This document shows, in pieces, positions 12,101 to 21,576 of a stretch of 64,000 bases of DNA. The notes under the pieces were generated by a model. It was not told where the DNA came from and ran no database searches. It saw nothing but the letters and a program-made list of their open reading frames with translations. The stretch's first letter is position 1. Each line of letters opens with the position of its first letter. The stretch is taken from positions 1 to 64,000 of the forward strand of contig NIVC01000776.1 in the NCBI GenBank assembly GCA_002269645.1, in the 5' to 3' direction. This stretch comes from Macrostomum lignano. Its lineage: Eukaryota. A program made the translations under genes and the position numbers.

Positions 12101-13133
12101 TTACTTCTCCGATCGGAGAGAACTCCTGGTCCGTGTAGGTTCGCAGAGTCGTCTTGGACGGATGCAGTCGCAGATGAGACAGATGGCTATCATAAAATGC
12201 CTTAGGAACGAGACTTACAGCAGATCCTGTGTCCAGCTCAAAATGAGATTGCACTTCCTCGATTTGCAGAGGCACCAGAATCGGGGACTTGGAAGTCATT
12301 GAGACATGAAATATTGGCTCTTCCTCGTAGTTTTCTTCGTCGTACTGAGACCCGGTTTCATTCTCCTCCAGGAGTTTCACAGATTTTGCTGACCTGCAAA
12401 CCTTCTTAATGTGGCCAACCTTCCCGCAAGCATGGCATTTCGAGTTACGGAATTTACAGTTCTGACGCGAATGTGGACCTCCACAGCTGTCGCAGGTGCC
12501 TGGCTTGGATGCTGATCTAGCGGGACCAGAGTATTGGCTGATGTTGTACTGTGCTCTCGGGCGTGCCACTGATGGATTCGCGCTGACTCGATTGGTTGCT
12601 GAAGTGTGCGCCATCTCGCTTGAAGATTTGTGAGCAGCTTCGAGGTCCAAGGCCAGTTTGATCAGCCCAGCGTACGAATGATCCGAACTCTCGAGTAGCT
12701 TAGAGCGGAAAGTGTCGCTTCTCATTCCGAACAAAAACTGATCTCGAAGTCGCTCCTGAAGGGACTCGCCAAACTTGCAATGGTTTGCAGCGTTTTTCAG
12801 CCCTGCCAAGAAGTTAGCGAAAGATTCACCATCTTGCTGAAGACGTTGCTGAAATTTGAAACGTGCGGCGATCTCCGAAGGTTCGGGCGAGCAATGCTTC
12901 TTTAGTATGTCCTGCAGATCTTCGTAGGATTTTTCAGTCAGTTTCTGTGGCTGACACAAGTCGCGAAGCAATTTGTAGTACTTCTCACCAATGGCAGTAA
13001 GAAAGATAGCACGCTTGGCCTCGGCAGTCTCAACTTTGTTGCATATGAAATATTGGTTCATGCGCTCAGCGTAGATTTCAAGGTCTGATTCAGCAGAAAG
13101 TTCTGGAATTTGGCCAAAAGTCCTCGTCGCCAT
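9156..13133 (-). CDS. Gag-Pol polyprotein (1325 aa): Gag, zinc knuckles, aspartic protease, RT, RNase H, integrase
   Basis: CxxCxxxHxxxxC and CxxCxxxxHxxxxC knuckles, LDTGS protease, YQDD RT, ECDAS RNase H, H..H..C..C integrase zinc finger, SDNG and YHPATNG core. Domain order PR-RT-RH-IN is that of Gypsy; no env. Confidence 0.97.
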   Translation of the reverse strand: MATRTFGQIPELSAESDLEIYAERMNQYFICNKVETAEAKRAIFLTAIGEKYYKLLRDLCQPQKLTEKSYEDLQDILKKHCSPEPSEIAARFKFQQRLQQDGESFANFLAGLKNAANHCKFGESLQERLRDQFLFGMRSDTFRSKLLESSDHSYAGLIKLALDLEAAHKSSSEMAHTSATNRVSANPSVARPRAQYNISQYSGPARSASKPGTCDSCGGPHSRQNCKFRNSKCHACGKVGHIKKVCRSAKSVKLLEENETGSQYDEENYEEEPIFHVSMTSKSPILVPLQIEEVQSHFELDTGSAVSLVPKAFYDSHLSHLRLHPSKTTLRTYTDQEFSPIGEVTVKVTYEGQEASLPLLVVSEGSARLLGRNWLTVIRLDWPRLTAPVNSLIAAPNDMATELVRQFPDVFAEGLGKYRLSEVDLHLQENATPRFYKARPIPYALRETVDLELQRMESEGVITPIATSQWAAPIVPVVKKNGSVRICGDYKCTFNQVAKQEHYPLPRIEDLFARLGGGHKWSKLDLAKAFLQLPISEDSKQYLVINTQRGLFKVNRLPFGICSASAIFQRLLDSLLGHLNGVQVYQDDILVTGSSQAAHKENLLQVLHKLQEAGLRLNVAKCAFFQDSIDYLGHRIDQHGLRPLESKVDAVQNAPAPKDVSQLRSYLGMLTHYAKFLPNLASVVAPLNQLLSKGVSWLWSDRENEAFQASKRMLLESKALMHFDPNLPIRLECDASAYGIGVVLSHRVGGQDHAIAFASKSLTSAQRNYSQLDKEALAIIYGVQRFHQFLYGRHFTIVTDHQPLLGLLGPDKEIPTRAAARMQRWAIRLSGYRYAMEFRPTQKHSNCDSLSRLPLKGNFIEEEAVHSLTLEEDSSIAVTAALVAKATLADPILSKLLRLLQSGERLSGKEFPEFAHQQNEMTIEAGCLLWGTRVIIPESLRKAVLQELHLAHTGASRMKALARSFVWWPGLDKDLEQLARTCETCKAHQSDPAKAPVHPWIFPSEPWSRIHLDFAGPVNGRVYLVIMDAHSKWPEVRLVKDTSADSTIAHLCEIFSRLGLPRIIVSDNGPQFISREFASFTRSNGIRHVTSAPYHPATNGQAERFVQTLKLHIRKSGHSAAALQRFLFAYRVTPHSTTGTSPSELLLGRRLRSRLDLLRPSLVDQVRDRQEAAAESQRRTRFFGIGDNVRVKGFGKESGWLPGVVVAASQRNYDVRVGTSIVRRHVDQMLPDSAQPPPSAADSQHLGTSISTPSSAPPALDVLSPAAVSEPAIQPPSEERAAVPTGPADKAAAADADVPDQLPEGATRRYPPRIRSCPERLQVGV
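13121..13132 (-). promoter_or_regulatory. Primer-binding site complementary to the tRNA-Ser(GCU) 3' end
   Basis: Minus strand TGGCGACGAGGA matches the ..CCUCGUCG-CCA end of animal tRNA-Ser(GCU), recalled rather than searched. Confidence 0.75.
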
Positions 13134-13409
13134 TGTGATGAATTAAGATTGAGACGAAGCGATTGAATTGGCTTGAGCCGCAAGTTGTAAACAGCGTTTC
13201 TTAACTGACGCGTTGGTCCTTTATATTGTATTATAGAACTGAGTACATGTAGTTAGGACGAACGATGTACATTGCGAAGAAGTACTGTACGTATAAACAG
13301 AAATCGATCAGTTCAGTGGAGGGGGAGGGTCTATAGTGGTAAGCTAAAATTGAGCAGCCAAACGCACAAAGCAGTATAGTTCAAATCGGTATAAGACAGC
13401 CAATTCACA
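13134..13409 (-). repeat. 5' LTR (276 bp)
   Basis: Identical by eye to 8568-8843; followed on the minus strand by the PBS. Confidence 0.95.
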
Positions 13410-13414
13410 GGTGT

Positions 13415-15055
13415 CTCTTATGTTTGCCATGGTGGCTCTTTTATGCTAGACATGGTGGCTCTTTAATGTTTGCCATGGTGGCTCCTAAATGTTTGACATG
13501 GTGGCTTTTTTATGTCCTACATGGTGGCTCTTCTATGTTTGACGTGGTGGCTCTTTTATGTTCGACATGGTGGCTCTTTAATGTTAGGCATGGTGGCTCT
13601 TTAATGTTTGAACGGTGGCTCTTTATGTTTGACATGGTGGCTCTTAAATATTTGCCATGGTGGGTCTTTTATGTTAGGCATGGAGTCACATATATGTTTC
13701 TCAATAGAATCTCTGTTCTCTACAAGTAACAAAAAGACAGCCAAATAGAGCTTTCACAAAGACAACAGAAAAACTGCTCAAATGAAGTGCAACGCAAAAA
13801 GAAAACATCCCAAGACAACAAGCATTGCCCCCAGGGGATAGCATGAAAAGCAACCCCCAGATAGCAAGCACCTCCCAGATAGCAAGTACCCCCAGATAGC
13901 AAGCACCCCCAGATAGCCAGAACCCCCAAGATAGCAAGCATCCCCCAGATAGCAAGCACCCCCAGATAGCAAAAACCCCCAAGATAGCAAGCATTCCCCA
14001 GATAGCAGGCACCCCCAGATAGCAAGCATCCAATTGATAGCAAGTATCTATCCTTAAATAGCAAGCATCCACCCGACAATAAGTATCTAGTGCAACAATT
14101 TCCTTAGCTTTATGGTGGCTTCTTTATGATTGACATGACGCTTCTTTTTACGTTTGTAATTGTCTCTTTTATGCTTGACATGGTGGCTCTTTAATTTTCG
14201 ACATGGTGGCTCTTTTATGTTCGACATGGTGGCTCTTTAATGTTTGACATGGTGGCTCTTTAATGTTTGACCTGGTGGCACTTTACTGTCTGCAATTATG
14301 GCTCTTTAATGTTTGACATGGTGGCTCTTTAATGTTTGACATGGTGGCTCTTTAATGTTTTACATGGTGGCTCTTTTATGTTCGACATGGTGGCTCTTTA
14401 ACGTTCGACATGGTGGCTCTTTAATGTTAGACATGGTGGCTCTTTAATGTTCGACATAGTGGCACTTTAATGTCTGAAATGGAGTCATGTATAAGCTTGA
14501 CATGGTGACTCGTTAATGTTTGACATGGTGGCTCTTTAATGTTCTACATGGTGGCTCTTTTATGTTCGATATGGTGGCTCTTTAATATTTGGCATGATGG
14601 CTCTTTAATGTTCTACATGGTGGCTCTTTTATGTTCGACATGGTGGCTCTTTAATGTTTGGCATGATGGCTCTTTAATGTTTGACATGGAGTCACGAATA
14701 TGCTTGATATGGTGACTCGTTAATGTTTGACATGGTGGCTCTTTGATGTTCTACATGATGGCTCTTTAATGTTTGACATGGAGTCACGAATATACTTGAC
14801 ATGGATACTCGTTAATGTTAGACATGGTGGCTCTTTAATGTTCGACATGGTGGTCCTTTTATGTTTGACATGATGGCTCTTTAATGTTTGACATGGAGTC
14901 ACATATATGTTGGACATGGTGGCTCTTTAATGTTCGACATGGTGGCTCTTTAATGTTCGACATGGTGGCTCTTTAATGTTCGACATGGTGGCTCTTTAAT
15001 GTTCGACATGGTGGCTCTTTAATGTTAGACATGGTGGCTCTTTAATGTTTGACAT
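13415..15055. repeat. Composite satellite: 23-nt GACATGGTGGCTCTTTAATGTTT arrays plus a second copy of the CCCCAGATAGCAAG block (~13850-14075)
   Basis: Tandem copies directly visible. Confidence 0.93.
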
Positions 15056-15114
15056 TGTGCTTCATTTGTGTTTAGCATTTTGCATTTTTAAGGTTTTTGA
15101 ATAAAAATATCTTT

Positions 15115-15190
15115 TTGCACTACTAAGATTTGAACCCAGGTCGCTGCATTAGCAGTCCAGTCTGTTCGCATCTATGCTATCTCTTGTCAA
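15115..15190 (-). pseudogene. Degenerate tRNA-like sequence (tRNA pseudogene or SINE head) with a GCT anticodon-like loop
   Basis: Minus strand TAGCATAGATG (A-box-like), CTGGA-CTGCTAA-TGCAG (anticodon arm), CTGGG-TTCAAAT-CTTAG (T-arm/B-box). No convincing acceptor stem. Confidence 0.4.
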
Positions 15191-17932
15191 TTGGAGAACA
15201 TGAATTTTTGCCCTTATAATTCAATTCTTATAGCAAATCGGTTAGAGTAAAAAGTTATGACATAATCGATTTCTCAGTCAGCCAGTATCAGTCCCAATTT
15301 AAATTAGCAATATGGTTACGCAATTTCAATCAAGTCGGGTGTGCATTTCTTCGACACTGTTTTCAACTTGTTGTGATGCAATCTTTATCACAATTGGAAT
15401 TCAGTCAGTCAGTGTTTTTTCTAGCATTCTTCCAATACATTTCAAGTCGAAAATTTAGCTTGACCTTTGCAAAAAGCATGTTTTTCGAATATTTAATCTC
15501 TTTAACATTGAGCAATTTCTTAGCCAAGACGCATGTACCGTCCCAGGAAAATTTCTGATCGAATGGTGCAAATTTGAAGAAAATCGGTTGAGCCAATTTT
15601 TCTGAAATCAATCGCATACCCACACACAACTCATTTTTAGTATATGGGATAATATGAAAAGTATCTCAAAAATTTCTAGACTAAGGTACCATTTTTACAG
15701 GAATGCTAAAGCTAGTGGAAATTTTAGATATATATTCATAAATAAATATGCTTAATAGTATCATGACATAAAGTATTTAATTTAAACCATTTGTCAAACA
15801 GATGAAAGTAGCCTATAACATTTATGATTTATATTTTCAATATTGTAATAAAATAGATAAATTTAAAAACAGTAAATTAAATTCAAATTATATTTTTTTA
15901 TATCATTGATACCATATTCATAGTAATAAAAATATATTACTAAAAAGCCATGAAGGCTATTCAAATATTAAAATGGTTAATCCCTAGGCTAAATAGTTAA
16001 CTACGAAGGTTGGAATCTATTTAATTTTTATTATATTACTGTATGTAATAGGCTTCGCTAATAACAGCCAGTGAGCCAGGTCCAGGCCTAGTTTTTTTCC
16101 AAACTTTCATTCCTGTCTAATATTAGTAATAATAATATTGACAAGTAATATACTCATTGTTATATTGACCTAGGCCTACTATATAAAGCAAATCAAGCCT
16201 ATTATTATTGGAGTTTATCATTTTAGTTTTGTAAAGTGTTTATACTATTATTAAGCTTATAAGCTATTATAATGAAGGATTGAATGCAGGATAGGATAGG
16301 AGTAAAATACTGAAAACAAGGCCTACTAGCCGCCTAGCCCTAGGCCCAGGTTGTATTGTATGTTAGGCGAGACCCTCCCTAATCATGAAAATAGATCACA
16401 ACACTAGCTACCGCCTACAAATCATTGATTTACGATTGTTCATAAGAAAAGAGCAAAAGTAAAGTATCCTCCTATGTGCATAAACGAGTGATAAAAACCT
16501 CAATGCAACTTTTTACACTTTACCCATCATTGTGCCAATTCTTGGTTTCGGCGAAAATATGTAACATATCTGCGTATGTAATTTAAAAGTAAATAATTTC
16601 GTATTTACTCTTATCAGGTTGTATTGGTATTATAGTATTTATATTGTATTTATCTCACTGTACTTTTTACTGTATGTAATTTATGTTATTTTGCAAGATA
16701 ATTTTATAATGAAACTTTTGTTTTAATGACTGATAAGTAACCAATATAAATATAAATCATCGATTGTTAATAAGAGTTCGCGCTCTGACTTGGCACTCTC
16801 GACGGCTGAAAGTTCAAGTGTTAGTATCGGCGATTCATTTCGTTACAAATAATAAATTTAACTTTTTTTAAATTTACGCATCGAGCGCACGCGAAAAACG
16901 TAATTAAGCAGCAAACTAGTCTCTTGCTTCAAGTCTAATTAAAAAAATGGCAATTAGGAATTTGAAGCCTCTTTGATCTCCTATTAAAAACCTTAGATAC
17001 GACCTCCCATTGTAAGTTCCATGGAATGCTGATAATGGCCAATATGATGACACTAGTGTCACAGACACTGAGACATGCAATCTGACACTTAAGACTGAAA
17101 CTGATATTCAAGCGGTATTTATGCACGATTTCTGGATGTTGGGACCATATGCTTCCAAGTAGCACCGTGATTTTAGGGCACCCAGTACTCGTCGTATCTT
17201 TGCAAATTACAATTGAATGAACCAAACTTCGTGCGGTTTTCTGACATTAACTAGAATTTGACACTGTTCCTGACATTGTTAACCTTCCCCAGCTGGTGCA
17301 GATGGCACGTACACAACGCTTGTTTGCGAAATTCCCAGATGGGCGGCTAGAGTGCGAGTTCTGGGAGACCGATCTGCTCCAGCAGTCTCTCACAGAGCGT
17401 CTGAGTCTCCGGTTGAAGGTCGGTCGGCCGACTGTTGGCCCAACTTCGATCAAGACTCGTATCGCTGCTTGAAAAACATTTCTGTGCTGCTCTCTAAAAG
17501 GCATCCTGTCGTTCATTTCAGCTTCCAGTAGCGCGCAGTAGTTCGTATAGCGAGACTGTTGCAGTTGATGGCACGATCATTTTTTAGCAGCGCTGACAGC
17601 TGTGACTGGATCAAGCATTCATTTGATCGAAGAAATAAGTGATTTTGGTTCGTCCAAATATGCTCTTTCATATTTCCCGAATAGCAAAATTACGTATCCA
17701 ATAGAAAGTGAAACGTCTCCAAGACGTAATTTTTTGGCTGCAGTGACGTATCCTATATATTTATGATCCTCCAAAGAAGCTTGGTCCGACCGGGCGTAGC
17801 TTGGTTGGGTGTTAAACCAGTGGGGCGTGGCTCTTGTGCGTTGGTGCGGGGGGTGGTGGGCCGGGCCTTGGTCACGTGCCCGCGGCCTGGGTGGCCCCAG
17901 ACCAGTCGTGGACAGATTCGCTGTTGCAGAAC

Positions 17933-18895
17933 ATGGAGCAATCTGAGCAAGAAGCCGAAGCAGACGACAACATCAGTACGGAGGCGGCTCGGGAGTCGGC
18001 GGCGGGCCTGGACGAGGACATCGCGAAGGCGGAGAAGGAGATCAGACTGTTGCAGCTACGCAAGGAAGCCGCTCAACTCAAGAGGGAGATCGGAGATCTG
18101 CAGCGCGAGTGTCCATCCACGCGTCCTATGAATCGCGGTGAGTGTGCCAAGCCTGCTGGCCCCAGTTACTTTCCTGATGGGTGTGATGATGCTGAATTAG
18201 ACCAAGCAGATAATGGCAATGAGCTGCTTGACAGATTGTTGTCACAGAACAGGGCCAATGAACGGATGGAGTGTTCTGGTAGACGTAAGGCTCTCCTGGT
18301 TCGTGATTTCCTCGACGGCTTTGAGCAGGAAGAGGTGCTGGCTAATGGTTCTGGTGGCCGAATCACTTACAAGAGCAGAAAACCTAATCCAGATAGCATC
18401 ACGGCAGCGCAGTATTTGGTAGGCAATTGCAGGCTGATGATGCAGATGATCAAGGATGGTGCCCTGGTGACTAGTAGAAATGGAACTGCCGACACGACTG
18501 ATTTGATGAATTACTTACGCTACTCAATACAGATTGGCGAGCTGTTTGACGCGGGCTTCGGCCTTGCGCAGGTGAATCGTTTTGACGAGGACTACCGCAC
18601 TAGGCAAGCTGAAACTGGCATGCGATGGGGCAAGGAGTCTTTCCAACTCGTTGCTAAGCACTTAATCAGAACTGGAACTCCAGCAAACCATGGAGTCAGC
18701 AAGTCATTGCCCCAGCCACGGCAGCAGCGTTTTCAAAAACCAATAGACCCCAAGAGCCTCAGAACGCCAGACGGGGAAGAGATCTGCTTGCACTTTATTC
18801 GCCGGGGGTGCTTCCGGTCGAGCTGCAAATTCCGGCACGTATGCCGCATCTGTTTCGAGGCCCACCCTGAGGCCAACCATTCGACAAAAAACTGA
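17933..18895 (+). CDS. Gag-like ORF1 (320 aa from ATG 17933) with an N-terminal coiled coil and a C-terminal Cys/His zinc finger
   Basis: First in-frame ATG at 17933; EDIAKAEKEIRLLQLRKEAAQLKREIGDL coiled coil; CLHFIRRGCFRSSCKFRHVCRICFEAH finger. Confidence 0.85.
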   Translation: MEQSEQEAEADDNISTEAARESAAGLDEDIAKAEKEIRLLQLRKEAAQLKREIGDLQRECPSTRPMNRGECAKPAGPSYFPDGCDDAELDQADNGNELLDRLLSQNRANERMECSGRRKALLVRDFLDGFEQEEVLANGSGGRITYKSRKPNPDSITAAQYLVGNCRLMMQMIKDGALVTSRNGTADTTDLMNYLRYSIQIGELFDAGFGLAQVNRFDEDYRTRQAETGMRWGKESFQLVAKHLIRTGTPANHGVSKSLPQPRQQRFQKPIDPKSLRTPDGEEICLHFIRRGCFRSSCKFRHVCRICFEAHPEANHSTKN

Positions 18896-18903
18896 AGTCT
18901 GCG

Positions 18904-20043
18904 ATGCTCTGTTTTAATCCTAAAATTTTGCCTAATGCTCAGCCTGCTTTAAATTTTAACAATCCTGTCGTTGGCAGTGCAGGGGGTCGCCTGTGTTTTT
19001 GTTCGTGGGATTCTGAGCTTGAGAATGACCCTGATCGGAATTTTATCCTAGACGGCATCGCAAATGGTTTTCGCATTACTGATGGCAAAGGGCTTTGTGA
19101 GACTTTTAATGCCAATTACATGTCTACTTCTACTTTTCATCGCGCTGTTGAGCTGCAAATTAAAGAAGAGATTGAGAATGGCAGGTATTTGATTGTGCCT
19201 AAGAAGCCTACGATGGTCAGCCCTCTGGGAGCAATTCCCAAGGATAACGGGAAGGTTCGACTTATTCATGACTGCAGCACGCCTCCGGGCTACTCGGTAA
19301 ATGACAACTATACGAAGAAGCTGAGCCCCAGGTTTGAGTCCGTCAAGAAGGTTGCAGCCTCTATCGGCAAGGGCTGGTTCATGGCAAAGCTTGATTTGTC
19401 GCAAGCTTACAGAAGCGTGGCGATCCATCCGGATGATTACCAGGCGACCGGCATTGGTTGGCGCTTTAAAGGCAACCGTGATCTGACATGGCTTGTCGAC
19501 ACCCGGCTACCCTTTGGTAGCTGCGCCTCGGTCGAGATTTTCTACCGGCTTACTCAAGCGGTCAAGAGGATGATGGTGCGACGCGGCGTGGCCAATATTT
19601 CGGTTTACCTGGATGATTTTCTGGTTGCGGCCGAGAGTGAGAAAGAGTGTATGGATGCTCTGAAAGAGCTGATTAAGCTGGTTCGCCAGTTAGGTTTTGG
19701 TGTCAATTGGAACAAAGTGGTTGAACCTACGCAATGCTTGGTGTATCTCGGTGTGCAGATTGATACTGTCCGTGGAGTTCTTAGTGTGCCGGCGGAAAAG
19801 TGTGAGGAAATGCGCACCACACTGCTTAACTTTTCGCAGCGCAGGCGTCTCTCGAAACGACAGCTTTCGTCGCTTTGTGGCAAGCTCAGCTGGGTCGTCC
19901 AGGTGGTGCACGCTGGGAGTTGCTTCCTAAGACCCCTGTTCGACCTGCTTAATGCCCTGGAAAAGCCACATCACAAAGTGCGTGTGTCCGCTGACACTGC
20001 GTATTTTACTCTGGTGGCGAGGTGCCCTTCTGAAGCTGCCTGA
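18904..20043 (+). CDS. Reverse transcriptase (DIRS-type)
   Basis: SPLGAIPKDNGKVRLIHDCS, KLDLSQAYR, LPFG, YLDD, YLG motifs. The conserved reading continues in the +1 frame near 19995. Confidence 0.93.
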   Translation: MLCFNPKILPNAQPALNFNNPVVGSAGGRLCFCSWDSELENDPDRNFILDGIANGFRITDGKGLCETFNANYMSTSTFHRAVELQIKEEIENGRYLIVPKKPTMVSPLGAIPKDNGKVRLIHDCSTPPGYSVNDNYTKKLSPRFESVKKVAASIGKGWFMAKLDLSQAYRSVAIHPDDYQATGIGWRFKGNRDLTWLVDTRLPFGSCASVEIFYRLTQAVKRMMVRRGVANISVYLDDFLVAAESEKECMDALKELIKLVRQLGFGVNWNKVVEPTQCLVYLGVQIDTVRGVLSVPAEKCEEMRTTLLNFSQRRRLSKRQLSSLCGKLSWVVQVVHAGSCFLRPLFDLLNALEKPHHKVRVSADTAYFTLVARCPSEAA

Positions 20044-20713
20044 TTTTCAGCTTTGGAGAAGTTGCACAAACGGCTGGATCATCGAAACCGATGCGAGCAG
20101 TGCTGGTGGCGGAGCCATTTTGCGCAATGGTAGCGGTATGGTGGATTGGCTGTACGTCAATTGGGATCTGGATGCTGGAGGAAAGTTTAAAGACAAGCAT
20201 ATCACGTACAAAGAAGCTATTGTTCCGCTGCTGGCTATGGTTCGCTGGGGTGCCTTTTTAAATGAGAGTTCGGTCGTGGTCTACTCCGACTCTAGTGCGG
20301 CTGTTGGCATGATTAACAGAGGTTGCTGTCGGCAGCCTGAGTTGCAGCCGCTGTTCCAGACTGCCATGCTCATTGCTGTTAGGCGTGGGGTTGAGGTGCG
20401 CGCTTTTCATGTGCCTGGCTGGTACCATGTCTTTGCGGACCCGTGCTCTAGGCTGCACGCCGTGGACAAAATGCGCGATTTTTTATTTCGGGTGTATGGC
20501 TCTGTTGACTGCTGTTTTAACGAGATCGCTAGCCATGCTTTCTGCCCTGCTGCCTCCGTTTTTCTCATTTTACAGGCCCTCCGCGCCAGACTCCCGACCG
20601 CCTCAGCAAGCGTTGCGCGTTTATCCTGGGCAATGCCTACGCGCCCCGCACGAAGCGGAGTTACCGGTCGCAGCTCGCGTCTTGGCTGCGATTTTGCAAT
20701 TCCCGGCACCTGA
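19952..20713 (+). CDS. RNase H domain (DIRS-type), in the +1 frame relative to RT
   Basis: LLWW, IETDAS-GGG, HITYKEA, YSDSS, HVPG...ADPCSR motifs. Confidence 0.85.
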   Translation: MPWKSHITKCVCPLTLRILLWWRGALLKLPDFQLWRSCTNGWIIETDASSAGGGAILRNGSGMVDWLYVNWDLDAGGKFKDKHITYKEAIVPLLAMVRWGAFLNESSVVVYSDSSAAVGMINRGCCRQPELQPLFQTAMLIAVRRGVEVRAFHVPGWYHVFADPCSRLHAVDKMRDFLFRVYGSVDCCFNEIASHAFCPAASVFLILQALRARLPTASASVARLSWAMPTRPARSGVTGRSSRLGCDFAIPGT

Positions 20714-21576
20714 CGCCGCTGCGGGCAGAGCCTGTGCACGTGGCTGAATACCTGGCCGAGCTGTCCACCCGGCTGTCAGCCTTTCGGAGTTGCCAGGCGT
20801 ATGCTAACGCGGTCTCGCTGTACTTCAGAGCTCTCGGCCGGTCGGACCCGTGCGAGTCGCCGATGGTTAAGCTGGTGCTTCGTGGTCTTCGCCGGTGTCT
20901 CAGTCGGCAGCAGCGCTCAAGGGAGCCATTCAGAGTCGCGGATCTCCTCAAGCTACACGCCCACCTGGACCAACGTCTGAAGAGTGACATCGCGTTCTGG
21001 GCAGCAGTTCTGGCAGCCTGGTGGGGTATGCTGCGAAAAGCGAATGTGACGACGCAATCGGGGCAGCTCGATCTGTGGTGCGACCTGGCAGCATCGAGCA
21101 TCGTCTTCTCAGAGTACGACTGTGAGCTCACTGTGCGGCATTCGAAGACCAACCAGTTTGGCGATCGAGTTCAGCGAGTGTTTCTTCCGAAACTGCCTGA
21201 TGGAAGCTTGGGTGTCCTGTGCCCGTTCCGTGCGCTCGAGCGGCAGCTACGGACAAACCGAATCGGCCAGGCGCCGCGTCCGGTTCACCTGTTCTCCACG
21301 TGGTCGTCCGCGGGATGGTTGCCTCTGACGGCTAGCAGGTTTGATAGCCGGCTTCGTTCGCTCTGCACATCGGCGGGTTTGTCGCCACGCGAGTTCACTG
21401 GCCACGGGCTGCGGCGTGGCGGCGCTACGGCAGCCATGCAGCTCGGTGTTCCACTGCCGATGATCAAGAAGCTGGGCGACTGGAAGGGCAACTCAGTGTT
21501 TCGCTATCTATCTGTTCGGGACTCGGATGCCAGGGCGGCGGTGCATGGCTTGGCTCGTCGGGTTGGCGCGCTCTAA
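20576..21576 (+). CDS. Tyrosine recombinase; the frame is open upstream of the GTG called in the track and has no ATG before the catalytic core
   Basis: N-terminal AYAPRTKRSY...WLRFC binding domain; catalytic motifs LRKAN, HSKTNQ, GHGLRRGGAT, LGDWKG-SVFRY. Confidence 0.92.

Larger units (their letters stand above)
8568..13409 (-). mobile_element. Full-length Ty3/Gypsy LTR retrotransposon (Mag-like), apparently intact
   Basis: Two 276-bp LTRs (8568-8843, 13134-13409), identical by eye, with TGTGA..TCACA termini. 5-bp TSD GGTGT at 8563-8567 and 13410-13414. PBS TGGCGACGAGG next to the 5' LTR; polypurine tract GGGGGAGGAAG next to the 3' LTR; single gag-pol ORF. Confidence 0.97.

Noticed and set aside
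17834-17932. TTG-initiated N-terminal extension of Gag
   Set aside because: It overlaps terminal repeat A1; the first ATG at 17933 is the more plausible start.
20734-20736. GTG start for the recombinase as given in the ORF track
   Set aside because: The frame is open and conserved upstream to about 20575 (AYAPRTKRSY), so this GTG is internal.
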